Source: Balanoglossus misakiensis | Taxonomy: Eukaryota; Animalia; Hemichordata | DNA: 64,000 bases | Assembly (NCBI GenBank): GCA_040954595.2 | Contig: CM082592.2 | Coordinates: 1,674,001-1,738,000 of the forward strand | Direction: 5' to 3' | In this document: in pieces, positions 12,701-23,900 of the stretch | Layout of the letters: each line of letters opens with the position of its first letter | Position numbering within the stretch: position 1 is the stretch's first letter | The notes under the pieces: generated by a model | Database searches by the model: none | Seen by the model: the letters and a program-made list of their open reading frames with translations, nothing else | What the model was told of the DNA's origin: nothing | Made by a program: the position numbers and the translations under genes

Positions 12701-15700
12701 AGATTTCCAGTCGGAGTCATCGGCGCTACATTCGCGATGGTCTGGTTTTGAACATCCCTATCAAGAAATTACGTATGAATTTGCAATAGGCACGACACCC
12801 GGGGAAGAAGACATCATAGAATTCACAGATGTTGGTGTCGAAAAAGAGAATTCTGTTTATGGATTGATGTTGGAGTCCTATCAGGTATTTCACTATTAGT
12901 GTTTTTTGTCTTTGCGTAATTTCAACGAGTGCCAGAATGCATATATACGTACCGTTTACACGTGCTTGTGGACACTGAAGTTGTCTGTCACCTGTGACCA
13001 GGTTCCGTGATTTATGGGACAAGTAATGTCAATGACGGGTGTGCATGGGTGGTGTTCAGCTTCAGTGAGGCACTACTTGCTTTCTGTTCTAGTAAGGCAA
13101 ATTCGTTTATTCCTTCTGCTAACATTTGATCACTTGATGCTTAGCCAATTTTTTTTTTCCAAACTAGAAATATTTTGTTACCGTGAGAGCAACCTCTGCT
13201 TCCGGAAGTGTAACTGCCAGCTCAGATGGTGTCACCGTTATGGGAGACGATGATGTTATCGAAGGTGCTGTGGCTTTTGACGGCGTAGGTTGCCAAAGCA
13301 AGGGTGAGCACACTGATTTTACCATACCCACAAACTACATGAAAGAGGGAAGGTGTGTTACCTCAAAACACGAGTTTTTGATACACTTTCCCCTACGTCA
13401 CAAACTAGTATTTTCAGAATGCTAATTCTAAGAATTTCACTGTCTCGCTTCTTATTTTAGAAAACGTTGACATGCGCTTGAATAATACACATCATGAATA
13501 TTCCAGTCGATCAGAATGTAATGATGACAACGATTACCAAGCTTCTACATCAACAATTATGGCTTACTGGTTGTTACCTAATGAAACTACGGGATACATC
13601 ACCTTTATCGAAGTTGGTGTCGAGAGAGAAGATTCAGAAAACGGGTGTGTGTTCGCAAGGTTATTTTGTGATAATACAATATCAAGAAACATCATATTAC
13701 TCTACTTGAGTCAATAGAACTGCATTAACATTTTGCAACTGCTTATAGGCCTATTCAATATCTTATCACAAAGTGGTATCTATCATGTTATTGCCATCCT
13801 GTGGTTTCATTACAGTACAGCATGGAGCCTGGTCCGGCAGTATGAACGCATGAATGTTAACAAGTACATTCAGTTGCCAGGAGAAAATCTCATTCCCGGC
13901 GACCACTACAGAACAGTTGTCAAGTTTTGTTATCCAGACGGGTGCTTTCAATCTGTCCACAGTGATGGTTTTTGGGTTACTCCTTATCCGCCCTTTTCAG
14001 AAGGAATTGCAAACATAAAGTACAACGGGTAAGTTAAGCCAACTGAAACTCTCAACTCGTATTCGTGTATCTTTACTAATACTACGACGATGACAGCGGC
14101 GGTGACGACGAGCGCCACCAATGCTTACAAGTGCGGTAGTGCATAGTTTTCAATTTTATGCAGAAATGGCAAACTCATGCAGTTTAGATTATTTAAAATC
14201 TGAGTTTATTTAAAAGGGTGTAAGCTCAATAAATTATTGTCGCTGCATGAAGAGGTATATGTACTCACAAAAACAAGATCATTTATAACATGTAATTTCT
14301 GTTATCGAACTTTGGGTCAACACAAATATCGTCTACTGCAGTTCTACAGAATTGGAATTCACTTGGGCGGAATATGTGAACACGGAAGTATCCGAAAAGC
14401 TGGCAAGTACGGAATATATGGATTACCACGAATGTAATATCGCTGTCAACATGGATTCGCGAACACACAGTGACTTCTTGTATAAATGGAGACAAGTGAT
14501 TGATCCACTCTATAATGGCAAAATGGTAAACACTTCTTGGCTCACCATTTCTACTTTTTTGTGTTGTGTTCGGTTTGATCATGTGATAGACTTCTTTGTC
14601 AGTCTTTACTTGGTAATATATGCATTGTATTAGGACAAATGCGACAATGGAAAATGAATTTATTTTATGGAGACAATTTAAATAATACAGATGTATTCAT
14701 TTGCAGCTTAAAATATACACACATGTATTCATATGCAGCTCATGCATACCTTGATACGAATTCAGTGCACCTTGTAATACAGCAATTACAATTATTGACG
14801 TTGCATTGCAGCTCACATACAAAGCTCTCTTGGAAGATGAGCTCGTCTTCTCCGAGTGTCTGTATCTAGCTTTACGTGGTCACAACAAAGCTGGTTTATA
14901 TTCAACAATCTACAGGCAGATATACGACTGCGACTCCATCTTTCCTCGTTATGTTGTTCCAAATACGGTAGTTGATAGTGTTGGAGAGATTGATGAACAT
15001 GGAGACGTAGCGTAAGTTACGTAATATGCAGATAACTTTTAAACAGAGACAACTGAAACTACCTCATCTACTTCACTCATTTCCACTTTTGTTTTACGAA
15101 TATTAAACAAGGTTTACTAGCACCGAAGTAGCTAAGGTGTGATAAAAGTAGCTATACGTCAAGGTAAGTGAGTTACTACAATGATATATTACCTTTATGT
15201 CAACATTCATTGGTAGAGATACTTACCTGGAACTGAACGCCAGGTGGCCTTATCCGGATGCTGAATACACGCCCTCACACGACAAGCTCTCGGCTGTCTG
15301 GCCAACTCTGCGCTGTCGTACATACGACTGGAAGGTTGTATCCGATGAAGCAATTGAACGACGGGCATACACGGAACCAGATGAAGCACTGGATTACGAA
15401 ACGTATGGATGCGATGCGCAAGAAGTACTTGCATGTGGATCAACAGAGGTGAATATTTGATAATGATTGAATGTTATTCGGGGAATGGTGATCTATGATA
15501 TGTGAAACTTACCCTATAGTCGGTGGTTTGCCTCCAGTTGTTGACATGCAATTCAACCTCACAGTTCGTGCATGAGCTGATGTTTGGGCTTTTCTGATGT
15601 CAGTGTTTCTGAACGGATCACCAAATCCAGTACTAAAACATCATCTCAGACGCTTTTTGCTATTCCTTCATCAGTGTATATTTTCATACGGAACACTTAA

Positions 15701-16169
15701 AATGTATCGATAACATAAGCTTATTTATTGATAACATAAGCTTATTGTCCCTGAAAGTGAAGGTGATACAAACATATCCTTTTATTTTGCACAATAAAAA
15801 AATGCCATTGAATGCACAAATTCGTTAAGCTCGCAGTACAATGTGGAAAATATCTCCAATATTGTCTATAATCGACTTTAACCTATGGTACACTTTACAC
15901 GTTATATTTAAGCATATTTGATCGAAAGAAAAATATAAACTGAATATTTGTTTCTTTAACAGGATAATTTCATAAATGTTCCCAACCTAGACTTTCGACA
16001 TGGACAACGATACTACATTTGCATTTATGGAAATGAGAGTCGCATGAACAGCGAAGTCTTTGATGACTATATGGGAGAGATATCAGAATGTTCGGACGGG
16101 GTTACTGTCGATTGGACAGCACCAACTGCTGGTAAAGTTTGGATAGGGTGGCCGGGAATGCAATACCAG
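6751..16169 (+). CDS. FN3-like repeat protein, exons 1-17 in window
   Basis: Exons 6751-6959, 7589-7709, 8405-8587, 8764-8973, 9419-9693, 10454-10605, 10944-11162, 11889-12057, 12224-12510, 12687-12884, 13168-13303, 13461-13644, 13816-14028, 14342-14525, 14812-15011, 15217-15448, 15963-16169. Examples: VTIDTSPPETGYVHEG..DIDYQQ..WEGFFDRESGI and DIDFQS..WSGFEHP..FAIGTTPG. Confidence 0.88.
7320..7550. repeat. Degenerate pentanucleotide microsatellite tracts (CTACT-like then TTGTG-like) in intron
   Basis: Repeated ctact/ctatt units followed by tgtgt/ttgtg/ttttg units. Confidence 0.7.
9889..10350. mobile_element. Crypton-type non-autonomous element (intronic)
   Basis: 5' attataatatacctcatgcta pairs with tagcatgaggtttattataa (~10133-10152). 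A long terminal hairpin follows, aacacctat..gagttaccagaatcatatgcta / tagcatgtgattctggtaactc..ataggtgtt. No TSD. Same architecture as 57950-58530. Confidence 0.6.
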
Positions 16170-16265
16170 GTAATCGTATAATGTGTCCGTTAGCATAATG
16201 CGACTGGAAACATTTTGATTTTGTTAGCGTTATTGTATGCGAGAGCATGTTTTCCTAATGTTTTT

Positions 16266-19200
16266 TAGTCCGTGGGCTGGAGGGGTCCACCGTGCACCCC
16301 CCCCCCCCCATAAACCTACCACTTGGGTATTTTTTTGTTCTTTAGAACGTGCTGAACAAGAAAAAAGATGTTAACATTGAATATTTTGGGTTGCACTACC
16401 CCTCCGGGGTGGTTTTTGAATGGTATGTGCCGCTCAAAATGGCGAAAAATGGGTTGGGGTAGGGGGTACTATATTCTCTCCTAAAAAAATAAAACTACCA
16501 TGAAATTACATAAACCTTATATTTTTAGAAAGCTTAGATACTGCTCTTTACGGGAAGCACAAACTTTATTAAAAAATATTTATGAATATTTAATTAGATG
16601 ATTTTTAAATTAATTTTTTCGGCAATTTTGAAAGTTTTCACTCAAAAGACAATGTTACAATTGTGATTTTCTTTTTGTGAAGCAAATTTTTGACAACATT
16701 TTAGGTTTGGATTATTTAATTCTATATATTAAACAAGAAAACAAATGTTAACATTAGTTATTTAACAATACAATACTTCTTTAGAGACAACTTTGAAATG
16801 CATGTATCCTATGGGATTACGCATGGTCTTGGGGTAGGGGGTACTATATCCTCTCCTACAACAATAAAACTAGCCTCATAGTACATAAACCTTATATTTT
16901 TAGAAAGCTTAGACACTGCTCTTTACGGAAAGTACAAACTTGAGTAAAATTAATCTTGAAAATTTAAATAAATGATTTTTAAATTATGTTTTTCGGCAAT
17001 ATAGAGAGAGTAGGCTGATTTGTGATCTGCAAACAGAAATCACGTAGAGAATCTTAGGGAAACGTGTCTTATGTATTTTCATTAGTAGGAAAGAAAAAAA
17101 CACATTTTCCTTAATTTTCAAATATACAGCTTACAGAAAATATATACTTTATTAGGTCAAAAACATCACCTTTGCTGAGAAATACAGGATTCAAACCAAA
17201 CATGTTTTTGAAGTTTACGACGCAGTTGTGTTGCTGATGCAACACTTTTGGTTTGTATCAATTTGTATTCAATTTGTATTCAATTTGTATCTTTTTTCAG
17301 GTTTCCAGTGAGTGCAACGGGTGAATTCTCTCTGCTTTATATATCCTCACCTTAAATATATTTGTATTTTTCTGTGACTCTATCTTGTATGGTCATTTTC
17401 GCTCAACCTAGTGATTCTATCCATTCATTTACCTTTCAAAGGCAAAGACGACTGTTGTCTTATGACAGCTGCAGAAAGTAAATAATCAGGTAGACACACT
17501 AGATTCTAGTGTACAATGAACCTGTATTCAGTAGAAATAGGGAGAACATACAAATATTAAGTCATCCCACGATTAAGCTACATGATTGTTCGGGTTTATA
17601 TTTCTGGTTTACTAATACATGATATTTCTAGTAGAGAACAATGGATCCAATTGAGAGGAAACGCTTGAGGCACAGTGGAGATGAACCTGTCAGTCAAAGA
17701 TGTAAGAGAAAGCAGACTTGTGTCGTTCACGTTCCCGGTTCAAAATGTGAATCATTCACATTTATTTCTGATACAGATGACCCTGTAGCAATACAAAACA
17801 GATTGGAAAACATACGTGCACAAAGGCTTGCACAACCTGTTGGGTCATCTCTAAGGATGGAAGGCTCTTGTGATCTCATACCAAGAGAGTTCACTGGAGA
17901 GCATGGCTACCATCGTGATTGTTACCAAAGGTTTACAATGAATCTCAAACGTTTGACGACTAGTGGCGAACAATTGTCAAAAGCTAGTACGTCACGCACT
18001 ACTCGGTCATCAGCATCTGTAAAAGACAGAGTGATTTTCGAACCGGATTGCATTTTTTGTAACAAAGAAGGTCGTAAAAAAGTAAAAACTAAAGGTTTGT
18101 GGACAACAGAGAAAATGTCAAAGTTTGAGTTTGGTGGCTGGAGGAATGTTCTTGATTCTGCAGAAAAGAAAAATGATGAACAGCTTCTTACTAGAATCAG
18201 GGGATTTGATTTGTTTGCCTGTGAGGCACAATATCACAAAAGTTGTCGCGCTAATTACATTCAAGATCCCATACAATGGAGGAGCTCGGATAGAGCAGAA
18301 ATCGAAAAGCAGAAGGATCTTGAAACGGCACATAGAGAAGCATTTTCAAAAGTGTGTCATGTTATTGATACTGATATAATACGTGACAAAAAAATCATGA
18401 AGCTTAATGATCTAAGGCTTATTTATGTGTCCTCACTTCAGAACACAAATTTCCCAAATGTAGACTACAGAGGGGAGAAATTAAAAACTAAGATAGAGAA
18501 TGATGAAATGTTTGGGCCAAAATTGTCATTCTGTAAACTTGATGACAAAGGTACATTTCGTTCCTATCTCGTATACAGCTCTCAAATTGATATAGAGTCG
18601 GCAGTAAAGTCTTCTTATGAACTGGGTGTAGTTGACACTACAAAAGATGTTGCCATTTTTCTCAGAAAGACGATACTTGATGCATTTTCAACATCCAGTA
18701 GTTTGCCATGGCCTCCAAGTGCACAGTATCTTCAAAATATGGAAGATGTGGTACCAGCACCACTTAAGAAGTTCCTAACGTATTTGTTGACAGGAAAAGA
18801 AAGTGAAACAACACCAAAGGTGAAGAGAATAGCATTCTCAATAGGTCAGGATATCTGCAGAGCAGTGACAAATGGTCAGTGGAAACTTCCTAAACACATT
18901 CTGATATGCATGACACTGCGTCACCTCTTTAGAAGTGCTGAGCTTATCACACTAATCAACAAGTTTGGACATTCAGAAAGCTATTCTTTCTCCCTTGAAC
19001 TCGAGACAGCCATTGCAAGGGCCCTGCAAACAACATCGGCGCTAACAACTACACAAATAGTGAGAAATCCAAATTCTCCCTCTGTTTTCCACTCTGAATT
19101 TGATAACTTTGACCAGTTGGTCAATGAACTTTCAGGTATGGGATCTATACACACTGCTCATGGGATAATGATGCAAGATTTGGAAGGTCACCATGAAAAT

Positions 19201-20780
19201 TGGGGTGGTACTGTTCCAGATATCCCTACACTGGAAAGAAGTGGAGAACGCTCTGTCAGACTTGATGCGCATGAAAGCCTCCCAGACAGCTACATTTCTC
19301 ACCGTAAAAGTCCAGGTTTTGATATTAAACAGTGGAAATATGTAGAGGGTGAGAAAGCTTTTCGATTTGCTGCCAGGAAAACCCTAGTTTGGCTCTTAAT
19401 TAGAATGAAAAGCAGTGTGGCATGGTAGGTCAGGAGGTCCCTGGTTGGGCAGGATTTATATCACAAACTGGAGAGTGACCAACAAACTTAACAACAATTG
19501 ATTACTATCCTGTCATCACACATCCAATAACAGATTACAAGACAGTTCAGGAATGCCTAAGATATGCTCAGCAAGCGACAGATGAAGTTGGCCAACAGTA
19601 TGCAATCACAACATTTGATTTAGGTGTGTGTATGAAGGCCTACCCCATCTTATGGAACAGTCCTGTAAAATATCGGAACCATATTGTGCTGATTGGCACA
19701 TTCCATTTGGCCTGTGCGTATTTCAAGATGATTGGTAAGAAGATGAATGGCTCTGGGTTTGCTGATGTACTTGTTGAAGCTGGACTTATAGGGTCTGGCG
19801 CTTTGAATGGTGTTTTGTCTGGTAAACATTACGCACGGTCAATGCACTGCCACAAGATTATCATGGAAAGTCTTGAGAGATTGCTCTTTGAGAAATACCT
19901 GTCTGAAAATGATGACCAATCACTTGAATCTCTCCCTCAACCATCTTCTGCAAAACTTGACAGTCTAATTAATATCACTGATAAGACAAAAATGGATGAG
20001 TTAATGCATGATGAAGATGTTATCAAATATCTTGATGGTTATTTAAAGTTCAGGGACAAGGTTCGTCAGGGATTTCTTGGGAAAACAGCTCAGTTCTGGA
20101 TGTCCTATGTTGACCATGTATGGCTTGTTCTTAGTCTAGTACAAGCAGTCAAGACTAACGATTTTTTCCTGTATGCAGAATGTTTGTTCAATATGGCTGA
20201 TCTGTTTTTCAGTTTCGATGGTCAGAATTATGCACGTTATCTGACATTCTTCTCAATATTTATTGCCAACGTGGAATTTACCCATCCAGGATCTACTAGT
20301 CTGCTAGAGAGGGGTGCAATAAGTGTTGCCCGGTCATTTATTCCAGGTAATCGTTGTGCGGTTGATAAGACCATGGAAGAAACGTTCATGAAGCATGCCA
20401 AATCTCATGGAGGAGCTGGTGGTAGTGGAGCAGGACTGTCTGGCATTCTTAGCAATTATGACTCCTACCAGAGATGGGTGAAAACGGCACATGAACGATC
20501 CTTGTATTTAAACGCAACACTAAATATGGCTGACATGCTCTCAGAGTCTGTTGATGGCAATAAACACAGAGATTTACGACCTAATGAAATCCTAAAGAGC
20601 GAAGAAAGTGTTTCCAGGGTGCAAGAGGCATTTCTCAGTTTTGCTAACCCATTTGATGTAGAGAATAATGAGTGGCTGCTGAGCATTTCATCGGGAGCTA
20701 TTGTACCGTCAGACATTAAAATAGATGTGCTAAGAGCAGCGACAGCTGGCAGAGAAGCAAAGGAACAGTTCATTAGTGCA
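16266..20780 (+). mobile_element. Academ DNA transposon, left end plus transposase, 3' part deleted
   Basis: TAG terminus (tagtccgtgggc) and subterminal direct repeats at ~16455-16640 and ~16830-17000. Transposase follows. No right TIR. Confidence 0.82.
17641..20780 (+). pseudogene. Academ transposase (frameshift near 19425, TGA at 19476-19478, C-terminally truncated)
   Basis: ORFs 17641-19428 and 19626-20792 are linked by GQEVPGWAGF..TTIDYYPVITHPITD. Motifs YHRDCY, CIFC, EAQYHKSC, FDNFD, TTFDLG, IGTFH, GKHYAR, NYARY and DKTMEET are characteristic of Academ DDE transposases. The XPG/Cys8 C-terminus is absent. Confidence 0.85.
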
Positions 20781-20956
20781 ATCGTTACATGACACGCCCC
20801 GAGTTCTATCAAACATGTGCTGTGTTTACATCAACCAACAATCAGCTCAACCCCCCCCCTCAAATATTGTTGTGTATGCAAATAATCAATTAAATATAGT
20901 GCAATTTACCCCATAATAAATAAATTGAAAACATACGGAATGCTTGATAATCATAG

Positions 20957-23900
20957 GCAAGACAATCGAACGATTTGAATGGAGCGCGGGAACAAAGGGT
21001 GATGATCCTGGAACAAGAATATTTGATCTAGCGAATGACCGGATATGGTACGACGTGGGTCTGGAAACCGGTGCAATTCTACTGCAAGGCCGGAAAGCAT
21101 GTAGGTGGATATTAGTGCACACTTCTCTAAGCAGCCAACATTTGCTTGATTAAATCTCGATTGCTTTGATGAAATATTGTCAAAAACCTGTTAAGCTTAT
21201 TCTTATTGAAATGAATATGTTCGACTTGTTATTGACAGATCCGTTGGAAAATGGCTTTGAATACGTATTTTACGTCAAGGCATGGTACAACGAAGACACA
21301 TACACAATCTTTTCCTCCGACGGAATTATGGTCGACTCTTCTCCACTAAGGTTGTCAGAATCAAAACATGTAAGTTTAAATGTTTTGTCAATTTCTTGTG
21401 ATTAAAGCCTCACTGTTGTGTCATCAACACTGATGTTCCCTTCTTTTCGACAGGTGATTGATGCTCACAATCTGTCCAAGCTCATTGATTCGGATTTCAC
21501 AACATCAACTAACACACTGGGAGTTTCATGGAAGAATGTTTTCATTGGCGCTATTGACTACTACGAGGTTTCAATCGGCACGTACATAGGAGGTATGTAA
21601 GTCCATGTTAAAACGGTCACACTAACAGAAATGAACCTACTCAAGAATATTTTAATACCCATTCACAATTTAGCAATTTCCCAGTAAATCTGCCAGATGC
21701 CCCTGTTATCGAGTGGAAGTTAAGCACTGGCTCTGAGAATTCATCAATCATGCACAATACCACAAAGCAATGGCGAAGCTTGAAATTTTCATTATTCCAG
21801 GAGACGACGTCAGAACGTACAATCGTCATCCATCAACTGAATCTGAGGTTTGGTTCACTGACCTGGATTTGAAGACTGGCAAACGCTACTACTCAACTGT
21901 TGTGGCTTATACACATTCCGGTCTTTATACAAGGGCATCATCGGACGGTATTCTGGTGAGTTAATAAACATTCTGATTAAAAATACAAAAACAAAATACT
22001 TTATAAGATGCTGTGATGATTTTCGTCAGTGTACCTTGACATACAAAGCAGATAGCAAAAATCCGTTAATCTGTGGGTACCTTCTTCTTCACAAAACAGG
22101 TCGACACAGTCAAGCCCACGAAAGGCATTGTTTATGATGGAATCGACATTCATGACGCTGATTATCAGAATTCGAGTGCGGTCGTGTCCGCGTCTTGGAA
22201 TGGATTTTTCGATCTACAGTCCTACATAGACTATTATCTTTGGTGTGTTGGAACTTCACCTGGCGCTGAAGACGTTGTGCCCTCTCATGCTGTTGGACTC
22301 CAAGTCTCACAGACGAAATTGATTGAAAAACCGCTAGACTTAGGTAAATATAAATACGTGTACATGTATAGGTAAATATAAATACACGTATAATTAAAAG
22401 TTTGCTCATATTTTGCTCAATGTAACTTTTGATTGTGCTCTATTAAAATAGATAATAAAAATTGAGTGACAACGCGCAAAATTTCGAATTAGAGAGCCAA
22501 CTTGTCTCAAATTATAAATTCAGAAAAGGCTGCCATGTTCTGTTTTAAGTCTAAGGACCAAAATAACCGTGATTTGTTTGTGGATATTTTCCTCACAGAC
22601 TCCGATTATAGGACATAAAGTTCGGTTCTTTAAGGGTTTATTTTGTGTGTCGCACTCCTTAATTTGCCTTTTCCCTATTTAGTGTGTCCAAACTTGGTTT
22701 CGCTCCATGTTGATCAATTACATGAGAATAAGTCTGTTTATTTCTGTAGGAAGCAAAGTGTATTCGACAGTTATTGCTGTTGATGCAGCTGGTTTGGAAT
22801 CAGAACCATCCACCTCCAATGGGATCGTGATTGACACAACGCCACCTGAAACAATACAAAAGTTTAACCTCAGTGAAAACGTACTTATTAATCCATCTTT
22901 TGAGGAAAGTGACGGGGCTCAAAATAACACCGCGACGTTGGAAGACTGTACACCACAGGGTTCTCCTTATCACTGGGCGGTGGATGGAACAGCTCATGTC
23001 TTCGAGTGCAGTGAGGGTTTCGCAAAGGATGGTGATTCCTTCCTAATGCTGTTTGGCGACATTTCTCAAGTGTTTCAAACAGTTGTTGGTGAGAAGTACG
23101 AAGCGAGCTTCTATGCCAGCCATTCGCCACGATCAAGTGTACCAGCTTTGAACCAGGAAGGGTTTGTGAAAGTGTCTCGTTTAAGTCAAGTATTCAAACT
23201 GTTTCAACGTGGTGGTAGCTTTGACCGCCCAGGTGGCACGGAAGATGGCAACCTGTTGGAGTGGCAATTACACCATTACTACTTCCTGGCAGAAGATGAC
23301 GTGACGTCATTGACAATTGGGTCGTTAGGAAGAAATGGTTTGTGACTTAAATCTCAGAAGATTAATTACGCAAGAAAAGCATGAACAGTTTTCTATAATA
23401 TCGAATACATGATGATAATTCGTGCATTTAATTGATGTCAAATCTGAGACATTTAACTTTTCCCGTAACATCCTAGCAAAGACGAAAATACCAATTCTTA
23501 TTGTTATTCGAGTTGGCCTGTAATATCATCTAGATATAGAGAGGGGGCTAACCCATTTGAGTTAATTTTTTAACATACCATAAATGTCGGTTTGATCATT
23601 TCGGTATGGGTGAACTCGTTAGATATTCTATGTCGACAGATTCAAATATCGTTCATTTAAAGTTATGCTGCACGATTAAATTACTTTATGTACAAAGATA
23701 TATGGGGATTTAATTATGCTAAAACCCGTCAAAGTCTTCTAATAATTTCTTACTATGTACAGACTGCGACAAATCTTTCACGTAAAGAAACGATGTGGCC
23801 GAGTCCACTTTCTTATACTTTGTATGTTTCCTCAATAGCCATAGCCCTTGACGGCGTGGAAGTCCGCATGCTCCGCAAAGGACAACGTGATAACCACCAA

